A program made the position numbers and the translations under genes. A stretch of DNA of 64,000 nt from an uncultured Prolixibacteraceae bacterium (GTDB lineage Bacteria; Bacteroidota; Bacteroidia; Bacteroidales; Prolixibacteraceae), in the NCBI GenBank assembly GCA_903834475.1, contig CAILJH010000239.1:24442-88441 (forward strand). Direction: 5' to 3'. Shown here piece after piece: positions 49,362-58,798 of this stretch (the stretch's first letter is position 1; each line of letters begins with the position of its first letter). Under the pieces are notes generated by a model. That model had not been told where the DNA came from, did no database searches, and saw only the letters and a program-made list of their open reading frames with translations.

Positions 49362-50711
49362 TCAGATTTTCCCAATGGTATGGATGAGCAAGTCGATGAC
49401 ACGACTGACATTTTCATTGAATACCTTTAAAACTTCGTTCCAGGTTACCGGAGCTTCGTCAGTTTTCCAGCAATCGTAATCGGTGCTCATGGCGATAGCT
49501 GCATAAGGAATTCCAAGTTCGTTGGCCAGAATTGCTTCCGGAGCAGTTGACATGTTGATCACATCGGCACCCCACAATCTAAACATATTGGATTCTGCAC
49601 GGGTTGAAAAACGCGGTCCTTCGATGGTAACCACCGTACCTTTTTCAAAAATTGATATGTTCAGATTCTTTGCTGTTTCGATGATTTTCGAGCGAATATA
49701 ATTGTCGAATGGATCGGCCATCGGGGTATGTTTCATTTCGTGTGGCTCGAACGATTCAAAAAAGGATATTGGTCGGTGGCGGGTAAAATCGATAAACTGG
49801 TCGAGTATGACAAAATTTCCCCTGCCAATTTCCTGACGCAAACTTCCGCAGGCAGTCGTTGCCAGAATGTGGGTGCACCCTATTTCGCGGATGGCCCAAA
49901 TGTTGGCGCGATTATTTACCTGTGATGGAGGAATTGTATGCTGCCGTCCATGGCGCGAAAGTATCGCAACATCACGTCCGTTAATCGTGCCGCATTTAAA
50001 ATCGGAAGTTGTTGGGCCGTATGGAGTTTCGATTTTCAGTTCAGTGGAATTCTTCAGAATAGACGGATTTTCAAGCCCTGAACCACCGATGATGGCAATT
50101 TTAGTCATTTTTATTTTGGTTAAAAGGTTGATAATTGTTGATGTCGCTTCTTTCAGGTTTCTGCCAAATGCAAGAATTCCTTCGCGGTGTCCACCCATGA
50201 TAATGACTTTTTGCTGTTCCATTGCCAGGGTGGAAGCCAGAGTTTTTACAGCATAGGCCATTTCAGGAGTTCCATATTCGATTTCTTCGGAAGTGGTAGG
50301 GTAGTTGTTCAGAAGTTTTTCCCAGAGCCAAAGGCAATGAACATGAACCACCGCACCCATTTCCGGAAGAGCTTCATAGACTGCGGCATGAGTCAGACTT
50401 TCGGCTGATGCTTTGGTCATTCCTTCACAGGTAAGCGAATTCTTTTCAAAATTGTATCCGGTGACGAGTGCAAAATGAGAGTGATCTAAATGTGCATACT
50501 GTCCGGTGGCGCTTCCTGTTATAATGAAAGATGTGTTTTCTTCGGATTTTACTGAAATGTTTCCAAATCCAATTCCATCCGGATACATTCCAATCAATCC
50601 CAATTTGAATAGCCTGGAACGTTCCCCTTCGAAAGCCTGAAATAATTCTTCCGGAATTGGGATTTCTTTCTGTTCCCAGTCGCATTGAAATTTAATGTAC
50701 CCTTCAGTCAT
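49362..50711 (-). CDS. mtnP: Class II aldolase/adducin domain fused in frame to methylthioadenosine phosphorylase
   Basis: N-half EGYIKF, GFGNIS, SAESLTH, VVHVH, GHREG; C-half (from Met at 50108) IAIIGGSG, SRHG, EGPRFSTRAES, TDYDCW. Confidence 0.88.
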   Translation of the reverse strand: MTEGYIKFQCDWEQKEIPIPEELFQAFEGERSRLFKLGLIGMYPDGIGFGNISVKSEENTSFIITGSATGQYAHLDHSHFALVTGYNFEKNSLTCEGMTKASAESLTHAAVYEALPEMGAVVHVHCLWLWEKLLNNYPTTSEEIEYGTPEMAYAVKTLASTLAMEQQKVIIMGGHREGILAFGRNLKEATSTIINLLTKIKMTKIAIIGGSGLENPSILKNSTELKIETPYGPTTSDFKCGTINGRDVAILSRHGRQHTIPPSQVNNRANIWAIREIGCTHILATTACGSLRQEIGRGNFVILDQFIDFTRHRPISFFESFEPHEMKHTPMADPFDNYIRSKIIETAKNLNISIFEKGTVVTIEGPRFSTRAESNMFRLWGADVINMSTAPEAILANELGIPYAAIAMSTDYDCWKTDEAPVTWNEVLKVFNENVSRVIDLLIHTIGKI

Positions 50712-51804
50712 TGTTGCTGGTTTTTTCAGGAAACAGTTTTAAAATACCTTCTTTGCTTGCCTTACAGATTCCGCGTTCAGTAATCAGCCCGGTAACCAAT
50801 CTGGCCGGTGTGACATCGAATCCGTAGTTGGCAACAGGACTTTTCTCCGGAAGAATTCTGAATTCATGAACCTGGTCCACCAGCAATCCTTCCATCATGG
50901 AAACTTCCCGTCCATCACGCTGTTCGATGGGGATTTCCGAAATACCGTCGTTCAAGTTCCAGTCAATGGAGGTTGAAGGAAGAGCTACATAAAAAGGAAT
51001 TCCATTATCGGATGCGGCCAATGCTTTCAAATAAGTTCCTATTTTATTGGCCACATCGCCATTCAAAGTGGTGCGGTCGCTTCCAACGATGACCAGATCT
51101 ACCATTCCATGTTGCATCAGATGGCCACCAGTGTTGTCAGGAATAACGGTATGAGGGATGCCTGCTTCGCCCAATTCCCAGGCTGTCAGTCGCGCTCCCT
51201 GGTTGCGTGGCCGGGTTTCATCGACCCAGACATGAATGGGAATTCCGGCTTGGTGAGCCAGATACATGGGTGCAGTGGCTGTTCCCAACTCAACAGTGGC
51301 AAGTCTTCCAGCGTTGCAGTGGGTTAGAATATTTACCGGTTCACCGTTTTTTTGCCGCCTGATTTCTTGAATGATTTCCAGTCCGAAACCACCCATTTTT
51401 TCGCTGAAGCCGATTTCCCGTTGTTTTAATTCCTCGGCGTATTCAAGTAAAAGATTCGAATTTTCAGGAACCGTCAGTTGTGTCGAAATCGTTGAAAGTG
51501 CTTCGTCGATTGCAAATGCCAGATTAATTGCGGTTGGTCGCGAGGATTTCAGCCAATCGGCTGCCCGGTTCATTTCTGAATGAAACTCAATTCCTGAATA
51601 ATTCCTTGCTGCCAGATACATTCCGTAGGCTGCAGTCACTCCGATCAGTGGCGCGCCCCGGACAATCATTTCAGTGATGGCAGTTCTGGCTTCATTCAAA
51701 GTGCTGATTTCAATAATCAGATTCTGAAATGGCAGATAGCGCTGGTCAATGGTTTCGACAAGATTTTTTTCGATGTTATACCATATTGTTTGAGGGTTTC
51801 CCAT
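50704..51804 (-). CDS. mtnA: S-methyl-5-thioribose-1-phosphate isomerase
   Basis: IDQR.LP, VRGAPLIG, RPTAINL, LTHCNAG, DETRPRNQG, NKIGT, FDVTP. Confidence 0.95.
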   Translation of the reverse strand: MGNPQTIWYNIEKNLVETIDQRYLPFQNLIIEISTLNEARTAITEMIVRGAPLIGVTAAYGMYLAARNYSGIEFHSEMNRAADWLKSSRPTAINLAFAIDEALSTISTQLTVPENSNLLLEYAEELKQREIGFSEKMGGFGLEIIQEIRRQKNGEPVNILTHCNAGRLATVELGTATAPMYLAHQAGIPIHVWVDETRPRNQGARLTAWELGEAGIPHTVIPDNTGGHLMQHGMVDLVIVGSDRTTLNGDVANKIGTYLKALAASDNGIPFYVALPSTSIDWNLNDGISEIPIEQRDGREVSMMEGLLVDQVHEFRILPEKSPVANYGFDVTPARLVTGLITERGICKASKEGILKLFPEKTSNND

Positions 51805-51926
51805 GATTTGACCGTTATTTTATACGGTCAAAGATAAGTATCCGAGTATCAAAAAAAATCGTGTACTTCAGGTTCCTTTGATTTTCGGTATTTTTTCAGA
51901 CTTTTGTGATCTCAAAATTACAATTC

Positions 51927-52556
51927 ATGGAACTTCTTAAAGGAATTAAAAATATCGTTTTTGATCTGGGAGGTGTTTTACTCAACATCGACCCGAAAAA
52001 AACCATTGTCGCATTCGGGAAACTGGGCATGGATAAGCTTGTTGGCGACCAGGGACTTTCGTACGATCATGATATTTTTTATCAGATGGAGCAAGGCAAA
52101 ATTACTCCGCAAGAATTCCGGAATGGAGTTCGGAAATTGCTTCTGGGTGAACCCAGCAATCAGGAGATTGACGATGCGTGGACGGCGATGCTGCTCGATT
52201 TTCCGGCAAACCGGGTTGAGCTGGTAAAAATTCTTCGGAAAGAATTCAAAATCTATTTGTTCAGCAACACCAATGCTATTCATGTTGAAAAGTATCATAC
52301 CAACTTCAGGAATCAACATGGATTTGAGGTGTCAACGCTTTTTGAGAAGGATTTTTATTCGAACGAATTAGGTTTCCGGAAACCAAGTCCGGAATCGTTT
52401 CAGGAAATTATCCGGTTATCAGGAATCAATCCTGAAGAGTCATTATTCATCGACGACTCGCGGCCTAATGTGGAAGCTTCCATCGCATCCGGATTAAACG
52501 GATTTTGGCTCGAACCGGGACAAAAAGTGGAAGAAATATTTCGGAAATTTCTTTAA
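51927..52556 (+). CDS. HAD family phosphatase (YihX-like)
   Basis: FDLGGVL, FSNTN, RKP, FIDD..PN. Confidence 0.9.
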   Translation: MELLKGIKNIVFDLGGVLLNIDPKKTIVAFGKLGMDKLVGDQGLSYDHDIFYQMEQGKITPQEFRNGVRKLLLGEPSNQEIDDAWTAMLLDFPANRVELVKILRKEFKIYLFSNTNAIHVEKYHTNFRNQHGFEVSTLFEKDFYSNELGFRKPSPESFQEIIRLSGINPEESLFIDDSRPNVEASIASGLNGFWLEPGQKVEEIFRKFL

Positions 52557-52644
52557 TAAAAAAGTCATCGGAAAAGAGAAACAGGAAAGAGAAAATTGAG
52601 AAAGAATAAGCGATTTCAGAATAATGTATTGAACATAGATGACC

Positions 52645-52728
52645 AACTTGCCTTGAGTTTTTGTGAAAAATAAGCCAAACTTGCCTTGACTTTTTGGTGT
52701 TTTGTTCGTATATTTGCCTTGTATATTT
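52645..52728 (+). repeat. Three direct repeats at exact 33-bp period overlapping the ATPase promoter
   Basis: TTGCCTTG at 52648, 52681, 52714; first two extend to AACTTGCCTTGA(G/C)TTTTTG; third overlaps TATATTTG (52709-52716). Confidence 0.85.
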
Positions 52729-52763
52729 ATTAATAATTAGATAATCAATTATTTATAAAGGCT

Positions 52764-54077
52764 ATGAGGCGAAGCATAACCAATCATTTGATTGCATGGA
52801 AGGAATCTTCCAATCGGAAGGTACTTTTATTGCGTGGAGCACGGCAGGTTGGGAAGACTTTTGTGGTGCGCGAACTGGGCAAAACATTCGCAAATTACAT
52901 CGAGGTAAATTTAGAAATTGATACTGAGGTCACCCGGTTTTTCAATCAAAATCTTGATCCCAACCGCATTTGCCAGGAATTATCTGCATTTTATGGAAAG
53001 CCTATTCGCGAAAACGAAACGCTCTTATTTTTTGATGAAATTCAGGCATGCCCAAGAGCAATTTCGTCGCTTCGTTTTTTTTATGAAAATATACCCGGAT
53101 TGCATGTGATTGCAGCAGGATCGTTGCTCGAATTTGCGCTGACTGAACTTCCTTCGTTTGGAGTTGGGCGGATTCGATCCATGTTTATGTACCCGATGTC
53201 GTTTCAGGAATTTCTGTTAGCACACCAAAGGGATCAACTGATTGAATTGATCAACCAGGCTTCGCCTGACAATCCGATGAATCCGGTCTTTCATGAGATG
53301 CTGACCAATTATTACCGCAATTTTCAATTAACCGGAGGAATGCCTGAAGTAGTAAACCGGATCGTTGAAAATAAGAGTGTACTTGAAGGTTTGAATGTTT
53401 TGGATGATTTAGTCATCTCCATTCGAGACGATTTCTCGAAGTACCATCGGCGTGTGCCAGAAAGCCGCATCAGGGAAGTATTTGCCAGCATTGTTGAGCA
53501 AGCCGGAGCCAAGTTTGTATATTCGAATGTAGTGGCAAAGGCCAGCCAGCCTCAAATAAAGGAAGCACTCGAATTGCTGGTCATGGCTGGTTTGGCATTT
53601 CCGGTCTATCATACTTCAGCCCGCGGGTTTCCGATGGGGGCACAAATTGATCCGAAGAAGTTCAAGGTTCTGCTCTATGATACCGGTATTTTTCAACATA
53701 TTCTGGGTTTGAATATTCGCGAATACTTAGTTGTAGAAGAAATGGATATGGTAAATAAGGGAAGTCTTGCTGAAATTTATGCAGGATTGGAACTGATAAA
53801 GGCATCCTCAATTCTGGAAAAGCCGCAATTGTTTTACTGGCACCGTATGGAGCGAAGCAGCAATGCAGAAGTCGATTATGTGATCAGGCAAGGTGATGAA
53901 ATTGTTCCGGTTGAAATTAAGTCTGGATATAGTGGAAAGATGCAGAGTATGCGCTTGTTTATGAAGGAAAAGAATCTGAAAAGAGGAATCCGATCTTCGC
54001 TTGAAAATTTCGGAAGAGAAGGGAATATTGAAATTATCCCGCTTTATGCAATTTCAACATTGATAAGGGAAAACTGA
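52764..54077 (+). CDS. AAA_14 ATPase with C-terminal DUF4143 (PD-(D/E)xK-like) domain
   Basis: GARQVGKT, FFDEIQ, AAGSL, GGMPE, DTG, EVDYVI...PVEIKS. Confidence 0.9.
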   Translation: MRRSITNHLIAWKESSNRKVLLLRGARQVGKTFVVRELGKTFANYIEVNLEIDTEVTRFFNQNLDPNRICQELSAFYGKPIRENETLLFFDEIQACPRAISSLRFFYENIPGLHVIAAGSLLEFALTELPSFGVGRIRSMFMYPMSFQEFLLAHQRDQLIELINQASPDNPMNPVFHEMLTNYYRNFQLTGGMPEVVNRIVENKSVLEGLNVLDDLVISIRDDFSKYHRRVPESRIREVFASIVEQAGAKFVYSNVVAKASQPQIKEALELLVMAGLAFPVYHTSARGFPMGAQIDPKKFKVLLYDTGIFQHILGLNIREYLVVEEMDMVNKGSLAEIYAGLELIKASSILEKPQLFYWHRMERSSNAEVDYVIRQGDEIVPVEIKSGYSGKMQSMRLFMKEKNLKRGIRSSLENFGREGNIEIIPLYAISTLIREN

Positions 54078-54099
54078 GAATGAAGACTGTGATTACTAA

Positions 54100-55959
54100 T
54101 TAAGAGTCGCGGTCTTTCCAGTCGCCATTGCTTCGGATGATTGCTTCGAGTTCTTCAACTGCCTGCTCGAAAGGAATGTGTTTTTTAATCAGAACCTGAC
54201 GTTTGTATAGATTAACATTTCCGATACCAGCTCCGACAAATCCGTAATCCACATCGCCCATTTCGCCCGGTCCGTTAACCACGCAGCCCATTACACCAAT
54301 TTTCAGGTGATCGAGATGATTAAAATGAGCTTTTATTTTGATGGTAGTTTCATGCAAATCGAACAGGGTGCGACCGCATCCGGGACAGGAAATAAATTCG
54401 GTTTTGGTTACGCGCATCCGGCTGGCCTGAAGGATTGAAAAACTCAGGTCTTTCAGATCGGTAAAGGTGGTTTGGTCGGCTTCATTGGTGATGCAAAGTC
54501 CATCGCCGTATCCGTCAATAAGTAATCCTCCAAGGTCGGCAGCAGCTTTAATCTGAAGATTCTCGAGGTATCGTTCGTTGTATTTCCGGAGTATTACAAC
54601 CGGGACTTTCCAAATGTGCGATTCGAGTGTCATAAAGAAAGCGCGAAGTTCAGCAAACGGATTTTTACTCAAACTTTCAAGAATCAGGATCGTTTTGCGC
54701 GTTTGCTTGAGTTTGGTAATTATTTCAGGATTTTCGTTCATGAAATGATCAAACTCTTCCTTGTTGGTGCGGATAAATTTGGTTTGCCCCCAATGCGATC
54801 CGCCAAAAAGATATTCTTCCAATGTAAGTACCGGATAGGAATTGCCTTCCAGATCAAGTACTTCGGTGTTATTAAAAAAGTATTCCGGAATTTGTTTGCC
54901 CCGTAACGGAAGGATTTCTGATAATGTTCGTCCCCGAAGATCGGCCATTACCACTGGCAAAAATTTATCGCCCATTCGAAGTACCGGCCTCACTGAACGG
55001 CGTTCATATTCAAACGGATTGATTTGTGCAAATAGCGGGGCTTTTATCGGCTTGTGCCCTTTGTATGTTTCAATGTGGTTAATCAATTTCCGGGCTACTG
55101 AAATTTCATTTTCAGGAGCTTCGGTCAGCGAAACACGAATGGTATCGCCAATCCCGTCACCCAAAAGAGCACCAATTCCAACTGCCGATTTGATCCGGCC
55201 GTCTTCACCTTCACCTGCTTCGGTTACGCCCAGATGGAGCGGATAGCTCATCTCTTCCAGCCTCATCTTGAAATTCAGCAGACGAACTGTATAAACCATG
55301 GTACGCGTGTTGCTCGATTTGATGGAAATAACCACATTCTGGAAATTCTGCTTTTGACAAATCCGCAGAAATTCCATGACCGATTCAACAATACCGGTAG
55401 GTGTGTCGCCATAGCGGCTCATGATACGATCGGATAATGAACCCTGATTGGCTCCGATCCGAAGAGCAGTATTGGTATCGGTCAGAAACTGGAGAAAAGG
55501 GATGAACTGTTCTTCGATCTTATGAAGTTCCGCTTTGTATTCTTCGTCGGTATAGAGATGATGTTCGAATTTTGCCCGCTTGTCGTAGAAATTACCCGGA
55601 TTGATGCGGATTTTTGATACATATTTTGCCGCAATTTCGCCTAAGTGCGGATTAAAATGGATATCGGCAACCAGAGGGTTTTCAAACCCACGGGCAACCA
55701 GAGCCTGCTTGATAATTTGAAGATTTTCAGCATCCGGAACCCCCCGCACGGTAACGCGAACTAAATCAGCACCGCTCTTGATGATGCGGATGATTTGCTC
55801 TACAGTCGATTCGGTGTCACTGGTGTCCGTATCAGTCATCGATTGAATCCGGATTGGATTACCATCACCAAGCAACAGGTCGCCAATACGAACCAACGAG
55901 CTTTTCTGCCGTTGGTATCTTGTCAAGTCTTCAATATAGTTAAAGTTCTGATCCTTCAT
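54100..55959 (-). CDS. ispG: (E)-4-hydroxy-3-methylbut-2-enyl-diphosphate synthase, long form
   Basis: IRIQSM, ADIHF, RINPGN, LHLGVTEAG, GDTIRVSL, SCPGCGRT, MGCVVNGPGE. Confidence 0.96.
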   Translation of the reverse strand: MKDQNFNYIEDLTRYQRQKSSLVRIGDLLLGDGNPIRIQSMTDTDTSDTESTVEQIIRIIKSGADLVRVTVRGVPDAENLQIIKQALVARGFENPLVADIHFNPHLGEIAAKYVSKIRINPGNFYDKRAKFEHHLYTDEEYKAELHKIEEQFIPFLQFLTDTNTALRIGANQGSLSDRIMSRYGDTPTGIVESVMEFLRICQKQNFQNVVISIKSSNTRTMVYTVRLLNFKMRLEEMSYPLHLGVTEAGEGEDGRIKSAVGIGALLGDGIGDTIRVSLTEAPENEISVARKLINHIETYKGHKPIKAPLFAQINPFEYERRSVRPVLRMGDKFLPVVMADLRGRTLSEILPLRGKQIPEYFFNNTEVLDLEGNSYPVLTLEEYLFGGSHWGQTKFIRTNKEEFDHFMNENPEIITKLKQTRKTILILESLSKNPFAELRAFFMTLESHIWKVPVVILRKYNERYLENLQIKAAADLGGLLIDGYGDGLCITNEADQTTFTDLKDLSFSILQASRMRVTKTEFISCPGCGRTLFDLHETTIKIKAHFNHLDHLKIGVMGCVVNGPGEMGDVDYGFVGAGIGNVNLYKRQVLIKKHIPFEQAVEELEAIIRSNGDWKDRDS

Positions 55960-56141
55960 TTCAAAAAATTGTGGGCTGGCAAAGTTAATTTAAAGTTAAT
56001 AAAAACGAAACGTTAAGGAGCCATATTTATTAGGTGACCCATTAAGATCCTGTTAAAATATTCCGGTGGGATCCCTTTTCATTCTGCTGATCGGGTAATC
56101 AACAGAAATCTTTACTTTTACCGGACTAAAATTCAGGGAAA

Positions 56142-57050
56142 ATGTCCATTCAAGTATCGCAAATAAGTAAACAATATGGATCGCAGAAGGCTCTCGATCA
56201 GGTTTCATTTGAAATTGGAACAGGAGAATTGGTCGGATTTTTAGGTCCGAATGGTGCCGGAAAATCGACTTTGATGAAAATTATTACTGGATATCTTTCG
56301 TCGGATCATGGAACCGTCAGGATAAATAATGAACTTGTTGAAACGGAAAATATCGCGATTCGTTCACAAATCGGGTATTTGCCTGAAAATAATCCGCTTT
56401 ATACTGATTTGTATGTCAGGGAATACCTCGAAATGGTCGCCGGATTTTACCGGTTGGAGAATAAAAAAGAGCAGGTTTTGAAAATGGTTGAACTTACCGG
56501 CCTAAAAACCGAGCAGCACAAAAAAATCAAAGCTCTTTCGAAAGGTTTTCGCCAGCGTGTCGGGTTGGCTCAGGCTTTAATTCATGATCCTTCAGTTCTG
56601 ATTCTGGATGAGCCTACCACCGGGCTTGATCCAAATCAGCTGGAAGAAATCAGGCAACTTATCCGCAACATCAGTCTAAATAAAACGGTTATGATTTCCA
56701 CTCACATAATGCAGGAAGTGGAGGCTATTTGCACCAGGGTAATCATTATCAATAAAGGAAAATTGGTTGCTGATGGTTCAATCAACCAACTCAAAGCCGG
56801 CCAGATTACCCGGAATCAAACGATTCTGGTTGAATTCGACCGGACTCCCGATATGGAAGCATTCCGAAAGATTCCCGGTATAAAGAATATTGAGCGGATT
56901 AGTAACACTTCATATCTGGCCGAATCGGACAACAGCATGGATTTACGGCCGGCAATATTCAAGTTTGCAGTTCAGGAAAAGCTCATTTTACTGACAATGA
57001 AAGAACAACAACAAAGTCTGGAAAATTTGTTTCAGGATTTGACCAAATAA
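56142..57050 (+). CDS. gldA: ABC transporter ATP-binding protein, GldA-like
   Basis: GPNGAGKST, GYLPENNPLY, LSKGFRQRVG, DEPTTGLDPNQ, STHIMQEVEA. Confidence 0.75.
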   Translation: MSIQVSQISKQYGSQKALDQVSFEIGTGELVGFLGPNGAGKSTLMKIITGYLSSDHGTVRINNELVETENIAIRSQIGYLPENNPLYTDLYVREYLEMVAGFYRLENKKEQVLKMVELTGLKTEQHKKIKALSKGFRQRVGLAQALIHDPSVLILDEPTTGLDPNQLEEIRQLIRNISLNKTVMISTHIMQEVEAICTRVIIINKGKLVADGSINQLKAGQITRNQTILVEFDRTPDMEAFRKIPGIKNIERISNTSYLAESDNSMDLRPAIFKFAVQEKLILLTMKEQQQSLENLFQDLTK

Positions 57051-57098
57051 ATTGCAATGACTTTCCGAAAATTTGGTGCGTTTTCGTTGACAGCCGAA

Positions 57099-57173
57099 GT
57101 CATTTATTGTCAAAAATTGTCATTCATTGTTTCCCATCAATTTAATGACAACCAAATGACTATCAATGACTAC
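57099..57173. repeat. Inverted array of 10-bp-period GTCA / TGAC units
   Basis: GTCA at 57099, 57109, 57119; TGAC at 57146, 57157, 57167. Confidence 0.7.
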
Positions 57174-57281
57174 AAAATCACCTTATGAAAACTGACACAT
57201 CCTCCTCAATGAAATAAAAAGACAAAAATTCAAGAAAAAGACTTCCAAGGCTGAAGAAAGTTACTACATTTGCACTTGTTA

Positions 57282-57330
57282 TGTGGACAAATTTGTGCTG
57301 ATTGCAACCACGGAAAAAAATGCTAAAACG
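57282..57330 (+). ncRNA. SAM-II riboswitch upstream of metK
   Basis: P1 TGTGG/CCACG, loop AAATTTG, TTGCAA, A-run, GCTAAA; TACATTTG -7 box at 57265-57272. Confidence 0.7.
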
Positions 57331-57447
57331 AACCGTATTATTTTGCTATTCAATCAATTCTTCCACAATTTTTAATGTTTAATCCATTGTCTGTGAATTC
57401 TTTCAGGTATATTCTGAATTGGTTCAGGCATTAAAATTGTAAAAATT

Positions 57448-58701
57448 ATGAGCTATTTATTTACCAGCGAATCCGTCTCGGAAGGCCATCCTGACAAAGT
57501 TTCTGATCAGATTTCAGATGCTCTTCTCGATGAATTTCTCGCTCACGATCCCAACTCAAAAGTTGCTATCGAAACATTGGTTACTACCGGTCAGGTTGTT
57601 CTTGCCGGAGAGGTAAAATCGAAAACCTATGTGGATGTGCAGGAAACTGCACGACGAGTGATTAACCAGATTGGATACACCAAAGCTGAATATCGTTTCG
57701 ATGGTGATTCGTGCGGCGTTTTCAGTGCTATTCATGAACAAAGCCCGGATATTAACCGTGGAGTTGACAAAGCCGACAAAATGGATCAGGGTGCAGGCGA
57801 CCAGGGAATGATGTTTGGTTATGCCAACTCCGAAACCGATAATTACATGCCTTTGCCTTTGGATTTGTCGCACCTGATTTTAGTTGAACTCGCCGTTGTT
57901 CGTCGCGAACAGAAGGTGATGACTTATCTGCGTCCCGATTCAAAATCGCAGGTTACCATCGAATATAATGATGACCATTCACCTAAACGGGTTCACACGA
58001 TTGTGGTTTCAACGCAACACGATGACTTTGATGCAGATGAGCCGATGCTTGCAAAAATCAAAAAGGATGTGATTGAAATCCTGATTCCACGCGTAAAAGC
58101 TCAATTGCCACAGCGTGTTCAGGAATTATTCAACGATTCAATTATCTACCATGTCAATCCAACCGGCAAGTTTGTGATTGGCGGACCTCACGGCGATACC
58201 GGGCTTACCGGACGGAAAATCATTGTGGATACCTATGGCGGCCGTGGTGCTCATGGCGGCGGTGCTTTCTCCGGAAAAGATCCTTCGAAGGTTGACCGTT
58301 CAGCGGCATATGCTGCCCGCCATATTGCCAAAAATATGGTTGCAGCTGGTGTTGCCAAAGAAATGCTTGTACAGCTTTCATACGCCATTGGTGTTGCCAA
58401 ACCTGTTGGTATTTATGTTGAAACCAGAGGAACAGCACTTTCCGGACTTTCAGATTCACTGATTTCCGAAAAGATTGAAGCTATTTTCGACCTGCGCCCT
58501 GCAGCCATCGAACAACGCCTTAAACTGCGGAATCCGATTTATCGCGAAACTGCAGCCTACGGACACATGGGGCGTCAGCCAAAAACAGTAACTAAAGTAT
58601 TCGAGTCGCCATACAATGGGCGCAAGGAATTGGAAGTCGAACTGTTTACATGGGAAAAACTTGACTATGTTGACCAAATTAAAAGTGCATTCGGCATTTG
58701 A
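57448..58701 (+). CDS. metK: S-adenosylmethionine synthetase
   Basis: [28 protein letters not shown]. Confidence 0.98.
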   Translation: MSYLFTSESVSEGHPDKVSDQISDALLDEFLAHDPNSKVAIETLVTTGQVVLAGEVKSKTYVDVQETARRVINQIGYTKAEYRFDGDSCGVFSAIHEQSPDINRGVDKADKMDQGAGDQGMMFGYANSETDNYMPLPLDLSHLILVELAVVRREQKVMTYLRPDSKSQVTIEYNDDHSPKRVHTIVVSTQHDDFDADEPMLAKIKKDVIEILIPRVKAQLPQRVQELFNDSIIYHVNPTGKFVIGGPHGDTGLTGRKIIVDTYGGRGAHGGGAFSGKDPSKVDRSAAYAARHIAKNMVAAGVAKEMLVQLSYAIGVAKPVGIYVETRGTALSGLSDSLISEKIEAIFDLRPAAIEQRLKLRNPIYRETAAYGHMGRQPKTVTKVFESPYNGRKELEVELFTWEKLDYVDQIKSAFGI

Positions 58702-58717
58702 TTTCTGATACTGAAAT

Positions 58718-58750
58718 AAAAGTCCGGATCCATGAGGATTCGGACTTTTT
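58718..58750 (+). terminator. Intrinsic terminator of metK
   Basis: AAAAGTCCGGATCC-ATGA-GGATTCGGACTTTTT. Confidence 0.8.
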
Positions 58751-58798
58751 GTTTTTTGTATCTTTGCTCGAAGGTCACAAAAAACGAAAGAATAAGCG

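Noticed and set aside
52573-52610. Purine-rich GAGAAA-like repeats after the HAD gene
   Set aside because: Too degenerate to separate from low-complexity sequence.
52645-52728. CRISPR array interpretation of the 33-bp-period repeats
   Set aside because: Only 2-3 units, 14-nt spacers, non-palindromic repeat and no cas genes; kept as an operator-like repeat instead.
55981-56000. AAAGTTAAT direct repeat at 11-bp period (Pho/OmpR-like box) at the ispG promoter
   Set aside because: One copy is the -7 box itself and the region is AT-rich; insufficient support.
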